Origin: Candidatus Magasanikbacteria bacterium RIFOXYD12_FULL_33_17
Lineage (GTDB): Bacteria > Patescibacteriota > Patescibacteriia > Magasanikbacterales > UBA922
Direction of reading: 5' to 3'
DNA: 33,735 nucleotides
Assembly: GCA_001783255.1 (NCBI GenBank)
Contig: MFRB01000100.1
Location: 14,653-48,387 of the forward strand
Below, in pieces: positions 9,226 to 19,400 of this stretch (its first letter is position 1; every line of letters starts with the position of its first letter). Below the pieces are notes generated by a model that saw nothing but the letters and a program-made list of their open reading frames with translations, was not told the DNA's origin and made no database searches. The translations under genes and the position numbers were made by a program.

Positions 9226-9711
9226 CTATTTAGATATAGATATACTATCACTATTTTCTGATTCACAAGCTGCTACTTTTATGATGCCAGTATCATACTT
9301 TGTGATGGTATAGCCAGTCACACCTACACCCCAAGTTCCAGTACCATTTGGACTAACAGGTACTTCTCCCAGATAACCAGCAGTTACCAAAGCTGTTAAA
9401 TCAACACAATAAGCACTACCACCAACAGCAGTATCACAAGTCAAATTACAACCTTCAGTATCAGTACCAATCATATAGGTACTACCTGCTCCCATACTAT
9501 CAGCTATAGCTGTTGGATAATTACCACCATTATCTACTTGGTAAACTTTGACAGCCGAAATCAAAGCAGAAATATCTGCCCAACGACTTGAATCGCGTGC
9601 ATCTTGAAAACGTTTGAGTGGATCCAATGCCACAAAAACAACAGATGCTAAAATTGCAATGATAGAAATAACTATAAGTAACTCTATCAAAGTAAAACCT
9701 TTCTTAGCCAT
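9226..9711 (-). CDS. pilA: Type IV pilin (prepilin-type N-terminal cleavage/methylation motif); likely the major pilin
   Basis: 161 aa. MAKKG|FTLIELLIVISIIAILASVVFVAL carries the canonical G/FTLIE motif with Glu+5. DPLKRFQDARDSSRWADISALISAVKVY is a typical pilin alpha1-C. Four Cys lie in the C-terminal half. It is the last gene of the operon and is followed by a strong terminator. Confidence 0.85.
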   Translation of the reverse strand: MAKKGFTLIELLIVISIIAILASVVFVALDPLKRFQDARDSSRWADISALISAVKVYQVDNGGNYPTAIADSMGAGSTYMIGTDTEGCNLTCDTAVGGSAYCVDLTALVTAGYLGEVPVSPNGTGTWGVGVTGYTITKYDTGIIKVAACESENSDSISISK

Positions 9712-9740
9712 ATATTTTCTATAAAATTTAAAATTTTTTA

Positions 9741-11492
9741 TTAATTATTTAGATTTAGTTCTTGTTTACTTGAAACTTTCACAACAATATTCAAAATATA
9801 CAAATTACTATCACTTGTCTTTTCTACAGAACTAATACTATATTCTTCAAATAAGTATGCTATACCAGACGTATTCATACTATCAATTTTGTTTTTAGCC
9901 AAAGTTTTAATATCCAAACTAGATAATATCAACCATCGATAATTGAAGTCATCTTTATTATCAATTTTTTCCAAAAAGTATTGATAGATTTCTTCTGAAA
10001 CTGATAATTCTGCGACAGCCCTCTCTTTGGATAAACTAACAATATAATCTTCTGTATCAATCTCAGAAATATTTAATTTTAAAATAACATCATTAAATAT
10101 TCTTCCCCTTATTCTATCTTTAGTATATTCATTTGCGATTGTGGCAACAGGAATTTTTACACTAATATCTTGTAGTTTATATTGTACCACATCTTGAATA
10201 CTTTTACTAATATCTAAATTTCGCTCTCTAACATCTCTACTATAGGCTCTGTAAAAGAAAGCACCAATAAGCAAAATTATAGACACAAACAAAGGTATAA
10301 CAAACCACAAAATACGACTAATCTTGTTACGATCTGGATTATACCTATCAAAATTTACATCTGAAGAAACACTAGCTAAATCAAAATGTTCATCCAAATT
10401 TTTGATATAATTAGTATCCTCTTTTTTCAAAATTTTTAAAGCGCCACTATTTTTAGTAATTTGTTTTTGATTTATAAATGGTTCATCTTCATAATCTTTG
10501 CTACTAAAAGATCTTAGAGCCAAACCAAAAGACTCAGCATATTCGATATCATCATTGGTAAAAGATTTTGAAATATTTAATAATTCAACAGGAAATTCAA
10601 AATGTTTTTGGATATAATCAATCAAACCATTCATTTTACTAGTACCACCCACTAACACTATTTTAGTTATTTGATGTTCTGCATCATCATTCACTTCGAT
10701 AATATTTTTTATGTCTGCAATTAATTTGTCTAAACCACTCTTTATAATATCATTTACATCTTCATCTACTCCATTCAAACCATTTTTAATTTTTTTCTGT
10801 TCAGCTTCTTCTAAACTCAAATTAAGTTTATTAGATATTTCTCTAGTAAAAAAATCACCAGCAATGTGATTGTTGTAACTAAAATAAAATCTAACTTTAT
10901 TTAAAATATTAATAGAAGTAGACTGTGCACCTAAATCAACTAAACAAATTTTTTCATCTTTTTTACCAAAGAAAATTGCACGACGCAAAGCCACTGGCTC
11001 AATATCAAAAAATTTAACCTTTATTCTGTTTTTTTCAAAAAAATCAAACCAATCACTAGCAGCATCCTTTGGTAAAGCTACCAACATACCTTTTACAACA
11101 TCATTATCCTCAGAAAAAACTTGATAACTATACAAAATATTATTGATCTTTTCTGGTATTATACCTTGCAATTCTTTCAAAACTAACTTTTCTCTATCTC
11201 TTTTATTATGTGGTGGCAAATGAAAAATATGTACATAAACCAAAGAATCTGGCAAACTTACAACAACATTTTCAAGCTTTATTTCTTTTGTTTTTGTGAC
11301 CAAAAAAAGTTGCTTAAATATTTCAGACAATTTTTGTGGATTTTTTATTCTCCCCCACTCTATCACACCTGGTTCTATCACTACCCTATTAAAATTTTTT
11401 AAGGTAGGTTTTTTTTCAGAACCAGAAAGCTCTAAAGTTGATATTGTATGATCGGCTATATCTAAACCGACAAAAGTTTCTTTTCCCCTCAT
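9741..11492 (-). CDS. pilM: PilM-like actin-fold pilus assembly protein fused to a TM helix and a C-terminal extracytoplasmic domain of about 170 aa
   Basis: 583 aa. The N-terminus FVGLDIADHTISTLEL and later CLVDLGAQSTSINIL and KIVLVGGTSKMNGL are the actin/HSP70-fold phosphate and adenosine motifs typical of PilM/FtsA. The TM helix ILWFVIPLFVSIILLIGAFFY sits at about residue 395 and occupies the position of PilN. The C-terminal domain is unassigned. Confidence 0.75.
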   Translation of the reverse strand: MRGKETFVGLDIADHTISTLELSGSEKKPTLKNFNRVVIEPGVIEWGRIKNPQKLSEIFKQLFLVTKTKEIKLENVVVSLPDSLVYVHIFHLPPHNKRDREKLVLKELQGIIPEKINNILYSYQVFSEDNDVVKGMLVALPKDAASDWFDFFEKNRIKVKFFDIEPVALRRAIFFGKKDEKICLVDLGAQSTSINILNKVRFYFSYNNHIAGDFFTREISNKLNLSLEEAEQKKIKNGLNGVDEDVNDIIKSGLDKLIADIKNIIEVNDDAEHQITKIVLVGGTSKMNGLIDYIQKHFEFPVELLNISKSFTNDDIEYAESFGLALRSFSSKDYEDEPFINQKQITKNSGALKILKKEDTNYIKNLDEHFDLASVSSDVNFDRYNPDRNKISRILWFVIPLFVSIILLIGAFFYRAYSRDVRERNLDISKSIQDVVQYKLQDISVKIPVATIANEYTKDRIRGRIFNDVILKLNISEIDTEDYIVSLSKERAVAELSVSEEIYQYFLEKIDNKDDFNYRWLILSSLDIKTLAKNKIDSMNTSGIAYLFEEYSISSVEKTSDSNLYILNIVVKVSSKQELNLNN

Positions 11493-11522
11493 GTTAAAAA
11501 AATAAAAAATTTAAAAAATATT

Positions 11523-11915
11523 CTAGATTTCACTACGACTATTCAGAGTAATTACATTGCCATCAAGAGTTACACTCACCTGCAAAGTTTGAGTATAATC
11601 ACCAACAGTTCCAACAATATTCAAAACTCTATCATTACCATTTGCTGATACAGCTATTATACACGATCCAGTACTTAAATTCAAAGTTTCTCCTGTGTAC
11701 GATGTATCCAAACGTAATTTTCTCAAACTTTCTTCCAAACAACCATCAGCAACACTATAAGATTCACCACCTTTTTTATTATCCAAAGTCATTTGAGCAT
11801 CATTTACTACAAGTTTTACAGAACTTAATGCCAAAATCAAAGCAGTGGCACCAATTATTAGAACCATCATAACCGCCATCATTCCTTTTTTATTATTTTT
11901 TAGTTGTCTGAACAT
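11523..11915 (-). CDS. Pilin-like protein lacking Glu+5 (PilX/GspK-like N-terminus)
   Basis: 130 aa. The sequence MFRQLKNNKKG|MMAVMMVLIIGATALILALS has a basic stretch, a Gly, then a hydrophobic helix without Glu at +5. Its small globular domain has two Cys (DGCLEE...TGSCIIAV). It lies between the pilM and minor-pilin genes. Confidence 0.6.
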   Translation of the reverse strand: MFRQLKNNKKGMMAVMMVLIIGATALILALSSVKLVVNDAQMTLDNKKGGESYSVADGCLEESLRKLRLDTSYTGETLNLSTGSCIIAVSANGNDRVLNIVGTVGDYTQTLQVSVTLDGNVITLNSRSEI

Positions 11916-11927
11916 AATTATAAAATT

Positions 11928-12446
11928 TTAATTTCTTATACTGGCCAAATTATTTTCACTTTGTGTAAAAGTAAAATCTTTACTAGCATTATCACCACTA
12001 TTATAATTTATAGTCAAAGAAAATTGTATATTTTTAGTAACAGAACCTATAGAAACATCTGTAAATTGTAAATTACTTACTTTTACCTCATGCGTTGTTA
12101 TATATACAGAATCACTAGTACCTTCTGTTATCTCTAGACGACCATTATCTTGATCAAGAGAAATAATGGTAGGATTCTTACCAACATCTGACATAGCTAA
12201 AGATAAGACACCAGGATCTGTATCAAAAGTAGAACTACCCACATTTATAGCATTGGCTTCCTGAATTTTTTTGGTAATTAAGGTCATAGCATCTCTCATA
12301 TTACTATGCACTTCTTGTACTACATAAGTCTTATTTCTAACCGATGTCATAGACATCGAAAATTTCATAAGACCAGTAGACACCAAAGCTACTATCGCAA
12401 CATAGATAAGTGTTTCAATTAGAGTAAAACCTTTTTTGTTAAACAT
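11928..12446 (-). CDS. Minor pilin with a prepilin-type N-terminal cleavage/methylation motif (PilW/GspJ-like by position and layout)
   Basis: 172 aa. MFNKKG|FTLIETLIYVAIVALVSTGL is a canonical motif with Glu+5. The subtype is an inference only. Confidence 0.75.
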   Translation of the reverse strand: MFNKKGFTLIETLIYVAIVALVSTGLMKFSMSMTSVRNKTYVVQEVHSNMRDAMTLITKKIQEANAINVGSSTFDTDPGVLSLAMSDVGKNPTIISLDQDNGRLEITEGTSDSVYITTHEVKVSNLQFTDVSIGSVTKNIQFSLTINYNSGDNASKDFTFTQSENNLASIRN

Positions 12447-12508
12447 AAAATTTTTCTAAAACAACTATTTATACTTTCTTTAAACATTATTATTTTCTGC
12501 ATGATAGA

Positions 12509-12577
12509 TAAATTGAGATAAAGAGATAAAATAGAGATAATAAAAACAATTTTTTATTTCTACTTTATCTCAATTTA
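12509..12577. repeat. 15-bp perfect inverted repeat (TAAATTGAGATAAAG / CTTTATCTCAATTTA) enclosing direct GAGATAA boxes
   Basis: The left arm is 12509-12523 and the right arm is 12563-12577. Between them are aagagataaaa and aatagagataataa, and gatagataaa sits just upstream. The element lies in the 177-nt gap between the Bro-N gene stop and the next pilin gene start. Confidence 0.8.
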
Positions 12578-12623
12578 CTTCAAGATTAATACAAATCACT
12601 AATTCCTCTATTTATAGTTTATA

Positions 12624-13463
12624 TTATTTCTTTAATTTCTTTGCATTCTTTATTTTCAAAAAATTATTTTTTGATATCACCGATCTACCTATTTTTCTTT
12701 CAATTTGTTTTCTAGCTGTACCTGCAATTTGCCCACCAACTCTAGCATCATCTTTCAGACGTGGCAAACCTTTGGTATCTTTAGTTCGATGTATTTCTGT
12801 CGTGGTTCTTTCACTAAGCATAGTTAAAATTAACTCAAAATCATCCATGTGATCACGCAAATTATGTTGTTTCAATCCTTTGATTTTCTTATATTCTGAA
12901 GGGTTAACACCAAAGGTTGCTTTGGAAATTTCAGCTGTCAAAATTTCATAATCATGTTCATTTTCCACTCCTCGTTTTTGCCACTCATCCGTCAATTCCT
13001 CGCGAATGGCGATACCACGCATTCGTTTTTCAATCCAATCATCAGGATAACCCTTTAATTTGTAAAGTAATCTTGTCCTTTTGGTCGCCAGTTCCGGATT
13101 TTCTATTTCTTGCATTCTTTCATAGCCAACTTTGGCTAACCAGCGTTTTAAGGGCTCGGCTTTGGGTGAAGGAATTGACTGTATTATACGAAACATATTT
13201 TCAGTACTAGCACAGTCGGTTTCACGCATTTTTCCGTCTGGAGCTTTCAATTTCAACCCGTGACAAAATGTCACGACTTCACTACCCTCATCTTTTAATC
13301 TCTGTTTTAGCTTTCTCCAGTAAGCACCGGGATCAGAACTATCGGTAAGTACTCCTACTATATCAATAACAGAAAAATACCACTCTTTATTAAAGATAGT
13401 TTTCCTGATAGTTTTACCTTTGAATAAAACAATTTGATAATTTGGATTTTGTGTATCTACCAT
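12624..13463 (-). CDS. Bro-N domain protein with a DinD-like C-terminal region (phage antirepressor-like family)
   Basis: 279 aa. The N-terminal part (IRKTIFNKEWYFSVIDIVGVLTDSSDPGAYWRKLKQRL...IIQSIPSPKAEPLKRWLAKVGYERMQEIENPE) matches the widespread Bro-N family as I remember it. The C-terminal part (KGLKQHNLRDHMDDFELILTMLSERTTTEI...GGQIAGTARKQIE) resembles E. coli DinD. Its GC content is clearly higher than its neighbours. Confidence 0.8.
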   Translation of the reverse strand: MVDTQNPNYQIVLFKGKTIRKTIFNKEWYFSVIDIVGVLTDSSDPGAYWRKLKQRLKDEGSEVVTFCHGLKLKAPDGKMRETDCASTENMFRIIQSIPSPKAEPLKRWLAKVGYERMQEIENPELATKRTRLLYKLKGYPDDWIEKRMRGIAIREELTDEWQKRGVENEHDYEILTAEISKATFGVNPSEYKKIKGLKQHNLRDHMDDFELILTMLSERTTTEIHRTKDTKGLPRLKDDARVGGQIAGTARKQIERKIGRSVISKNNFLKIKNAKKLKK

Positions 13464-13477
13464 AAGAAATTTTAAAC

Positions 13478-16400
13478 TTACTTATAATTTATCCTCATTT
13501 CTTTGAACACCGGAGTACTAGTACCATCACCCAAAAGTTCCACACGATAACGTACGAAACGACGTCCATTCAAATAATTCGGCACAATACTACCAAAATA
13601 ATCTACAAAGTAAGCATCTGCACCCGTCACGCCATACCAAGGTGTCCAAGTACCAGGAACTCCGCCATTGTCTGGAGCAGTACTTACTTGAATTTTTATA
13701 GAACAATCAGTACAAGCTGTCAGATCTTCATCCCATTCTAAATATTGTGCAGGTGAAACATCACCCATATCAAAAGCTGAAGAAATGAAATAGGTTGAAG
13801 TAGCAAAACCACCACCAGAACCTGCTCCACTTCCACCGGCACCAGCTTGATCACTTCCTGAATCATAAAATATTTTCAAATCATCAAGCTGAACATGTTG
13901 AGTTCCATCACTTGATAATATTGCTTTTACAGAAATCTGACCAGTCGTAGTAGAAAAACTAGCAATATTATTATTAACGATATCAGCCGTATTATAATTT
14001 GTACTTCCTGCAGTAGACCAACTTGTTCCATTCCAATATTTCCAAGTACTACCGTTGTCTGAAAGTTGATAATATATTTGACCTCCATCTTTATTTGCCA
14101 CTTCTTCAAAACTAGTAAAAGCACTAGCTGAATGACTTTTATTTGAAACGGAAGTTACACTAGGGTTAGTCGTGTCATATGATGTACCAGCCGCAAATGG
14201 CACACTAGGTGGTGTAAAATTACTTGTCCATCTTGCAATATTGGAAAATCTAAGTTCATCTATTTCATATTGATTCATAGTATCATTAGCATATCTTGTG
14301 GCCAAAAAATTAAATTTTGAATCATGAATCCCTACGGTAACATTGAAAAGATTTTGTACTGTCATAACTCCATTTTGAAACATTCTCAAATAATGTCCAT
14401 CATAAGTAATTGCTAAATGATTCCAGACATCTAAAGGCATTGACACACTTGACCAAGCATAATATGTAGCTCCATCATTAGGTCTATAAAAATGGAACAT
14501 GGGCCTATCTCCAGCATAACTATCCATACGTAAATTATAATTACCATAACTTCCACTACCCAGAAAAACATAATTAGTATGATAACCACTATCATTATAA
14601 ATACGATGTTCTTTAATCCACATATCTATAGTAAAATTATTTGCCAAATCAGGCGCATCAACATTAGTAGCAACTCCACCTATATTCTGACCAGAATTAA
14701 CTTTGAAAGAATTATCAAATTTACCTATAGAACCAAATACTCCTGGAGGCGTATTTGGAGTCATATTTAAACCACCAACAGAATCAACCAAAGTACCACT
14801 AGTTTCGTCAAAATGCCACAAATTAGTTGTATGTTCATCTTCTGGTTCTGGAGTATATGCTAAAGTAACATCATCTACTTCAACTTGCTTTATACTATCG
14901 GATTTTAGCAAAGCCTTGAAAGTAAATTTTCCTGTTGATGTAGGAAAACTACTAATATGATCATTAACAACATTTATAGAATTATAATCATTTATATCAT
15001 TTATTACTTCCCAAATAGAACCATTCCAATATTGCCAAGTAGCACCATCATCATCAGACAATTGGTAATAAACATCTCCAGGATAAATAGTATTCACATT
15101 AGCAGACAAACCTCGCCAAGAATTAATATTTGGAATATATAAAGATTGTGTAGAAGTAGGATTTATACTTGGAAATTGTATAGAATAACCACTTACAGTA
15201 CGAGTAATAGGTATATCAATATTATCCAAAGCAACTTTTTGAGTACTATCACTAGAAAGAAAGGCTTTTACAGCAATACTATTGGTAGTTGTTGTGAAAC
15301 TACTAATATTTGTATTTACAACAGAAGCCGTATTAGACTCTGTCGAAGTCGTTGCCAAAGACCAAGTAGAACTAACACTATCCCAATAATACCAACTAGT
15401 ACCATTGTTAGACAATTGATAATATATTTCTCCACCATTTTTACTAGCCGTTTCAGTGAAACCATCCCAAGAATCAACACTAGAATCTACCCACAAAGAT
15501 GATTTTACTGATGGTTTTTCTGTAGAATAAGTAGCGACAGTATTTATATTAAATGTTGCTACATAAGTATAACCCATATAATTACTCGATTGGTCAGAAG
15601 CAATAGCAAAAATATTATCTTTTACTTGAACTACGTCTGGTACCAAACCATAATAGCTACCAAATTGATAAGAATCTATAAGAGTTGTGTTTATAATACC
15701 CCCTGGACTAATATGATAGGTATATAATTTACCATAACTATTTATATAATCTCCAGTAATCAAATAAGTATCATTACCAATAGAATAAATACTTGGTGCA
15801 AAAGCTGCCCAACTAGCAAAATAAGCTGATTGTATTTGAGTTAAATTACCGACAGTATCAACTTCAAATGTTTTCAAATAACCATCCCTATAAGCAGTAT
15901 TACTTCCAGAACTACAATATTTGTCAGGGTGAACTAAAGCGAAATGATTATCGGAAATCCTAACCATCCTAGTGTGTCTAGCATAACTATATGTAGTATA
16001 ACAATTATTTCCGTATGTCTTTAAATCAATTTTTGTAGTACTTACGATATTACCTGTATTTTCTATTTTTAAAGTTATAACGCTACCATGATTAACTGAA
16101 GTACTATTATAATTTAGATAATCATAAGCTATCGCATAAATATCCCCCGAAACATGTATCATATACTTATGCATATTATAACCTGGACTTTCTGCATAAT
16201 TAAAATAATCAATATAACTAGTGTTTATAATACCTGTTTCACTTATAGTATAAGTATAAACAACCACAGAAGTAGTACCATAAGTGATAGCATACTTATC
16301 AGTACTACCATCCAATTTTATAATTCCACCACCATATAATACTGAAGTATAAAACCTATAAGAATTTACTTGAGCTATAACACCACTAACACTAACACTA

Positions 16401-19400
16401 TACGTAGTAACATAACTATAAGTCGGAGAATATGTTGTATAAATTACAGCAAAATAACCATCACTTAACTTCACAACATCAAAATCCTCAGAAGAGGTAT
16501 ACTTACTACCAGATGAATAGATTTGCCCTACATTAATATAACTAAGGTCACTTGTACCAATAACTCCAGTATCACTTATACTTCTAGTTTTTAGATGAAA
16601 ATAAGCTCCTCCGCTTCCTGTAGAATAAGAATAAGCAACAAGATATATATTATTACGTATATTGGTTATACTTTGAGAATTTGGTGCATAGTAAGAAGAA
16701 CCAACATATTGATTTTGAATATAAGTTGTTGGTAAATCACCTATTGGATTACCAATATTTTTCAACTTAGCATTACTAGACTCAAATTCTACGAGAGAAT
16801 TATTATAAACATAATTTGTAGAAGTAGTATAATTATAAGTAAAAGTATCTGTAGGCGTATAATAAATCATACTAGCTTTACCACCTGAAACACTTATATA
16901 TAATGGATCATAATAATATTTAGCATAATCATCAAAAGTCCAAACATAATTAAAAGTAGCAAGACCTGTTTTCAGACCAACCTGCCCACCAGAAAATTCA
17001 ATCTTTTCATTATTATAACTATAATCACTACTATTTGTATAACTTTCATCAATTTCCTCTTTACAATTTACACCTATCGAATCTAATGCGATGTTTTGAT
17101 ATCCTTCACCTACCATAAAAGCTTTGAATGACATCAATCTTGTCGAAGTTGGAAATTCTGCAATATGAGTATCAATATCAACAGCCAGATTGTAATCAGT
17201 ACTCAAAGTAGATGTAGCCCATGAAGAACCATTCCAATACAACCAATTATCACCATTATCATTTGATAATTGATAATATATTTCTCCTGTATCACCTTTT
17301 GTGGCAGCTTCTGTAAAATCTTTCAAAACACCAGTCTCAGTAAATTGTAAAGGTTGGGCGGAACTTATGGTTTGAACTTGATCTGTATACAATTGACCAT
17401 AATAAGTATAAGACAAAGAAGCAACAGTAAATTGATAACCACCAGAATAAGTAGTATAAACAAAATTTAAATATTTATTAGTACTAACCAAAGAACCATT
17501 AATAATAGACATACTACTACCACTAAATACAAAAGTATCAAGTATAGCTGATATTGTACCATCTGAAACAATTGTAACTAAATCAAATACTCCTTGTTGA
17601 GTATTATTATCTGCATAAAAAATAGTATAAAAATCTCCACTAGTATGAACTAAACTACTACTATTACTTGAACCATCTAAATAATTCAAACTATTACCTG
17701 TCAAGTTTATATTACCAGCAGAATCAAAAATAAATGTAACTAAATAACCTTTATAGTTATAATCAGAGATACTGGCACTACCAGTATAATTTAAAACATA
17801 AAGATTTTGCCCAATATTTAAAATACTACCAGCATATCCTAAATTACCAGAACTATATTGGTAACTATCTAAAAAATCATTAGAAATATTACCATTATTA
17901 TCAATAGAAAAACTATTCAGATAAGCACCCGCACCAAGATTATTCCAATTAACGTCATAGAGAGTACCTCCCACCAACATCAAATAATTATCACCCGAAA
18001 TATTTGTCACGCTTTGTGGATAAGGATAAGTATAATCAGTTAATGCTGACAAAGTATCAATATTAGAGACACTACCACTATTATCTACTGAGATAGTCTT
18101 AATAATTACAGAGCCATTCTCTCCTCCGGCTACCCCACCAGTATAAGAATAAGCATAAAAAATATTATCATTTTTTTGACTTAAACCATATACATCTGTA
18201 ATACCCACCATTTCTGAAGCATCAAAAGGTTGTGTAATATTTCCTAAACTATCTACATCAATTATTTTAGCATAAGAGGTAGAAATCCAATTTGTAGTAT
18301 TATACTGAGAATAAAAAATCAAATATCTACTGGCACTACGCTGAAATATTTTTTGATTACCAAATGAGTAGCCAGCACCTCCCCCATATTGTAAATATTT
18401 TCCAGTATCAGTAATATTACCACTATTGTCTATATTAAACATTTTCAGATTTGCGTAAGTAAGTCCTGTTCCGGCAGTCAAATCTCCAGTAAAAAATACA
18501 CCAAACAAACCGGGAGACATTTGTTGAACATCATTAAAATAGCTATTAGGTATTTCACCATTATACATAGAAGAACTGATAAGAACAGCATTACCTAAAC
18601 TATCTACACTAAATGTTTCTATAAAACCAACAGAATAATTACTAACTCCAGATCCATTAATATACTGACCGGAATAAAACACAGCATAGACATCCCCATA
18701 AACATGTTTTATTTTTGCATTACTAGGTTGATTTGCCTGAAGATTTAAAATACTAGAAGCTTGTATATTACCTAGTTCATCCATTGAATATATTTTCAAA
18801 CGTCCAGGATAAGGCGAAACATACTCATAATAAGCCACAGCATAAACACTACCAAATAAATTAGTAGGCGTATTATACGTATAACCATTAGTAATATCGC
18901 TAGCTAAAAAAGCATCACCTAAACCATTGATCTCAGCAGTACCAGTTTCTGTCAAATGAGCTGTACCGTCAGCAACTTCTATTTGTGCATTATCATAAAT
19001 GTAATCAGTAGAAGTAGTAAAAGACCAACCAGTATTCATACAAGAAGCTACTTGACCTGCCATTTCCAAAATCTTAACTTCACCAGCCGTACTATAATCA
19101 ATATTTTCATCATCACTATCATAACCAGCAGTATCACTCAAAACACTCTGCCCTGGACCACTACTCCAATCGGTCTGCGTCCATTCTCTTGAATCCCAAT
19201 TGGTCAGATAAAATTCTCTATCCACTGAATTCGTAACACCAGGTCTGACTTCCCAACTAACGGCTACATTGACCTTTTTTGATTGCAAATCATTTATACC
19301 AGTAGCACAATCTTCAATAGCATTAGTATTACTATTACGACAAACATTGGAAAAAGTAACAGTACGCGTATAATCACCTATTGTCTGAATATTAGTACCA

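Noticed and set aside
12447-13477. Prophage or genomic island around the Bro-N gene
   Set aside because: No integrase, capsid, terminase, repressor or tRNA attachment site is adjacent. The flanking genes are contiguous parts of the pilus operon. Only a single-gene insertion is supportable.
13927-14124. Short minus-strand ORFs nested out of frame inside larger genes (13927-14124, 1688-1873, 23768-23950)
   Set aside because: They overlap the giant gene, the DUF11-like gene and a GT4 gene in other frames. They have no motifs and no independent start context, so they are treated as chance ORFs.
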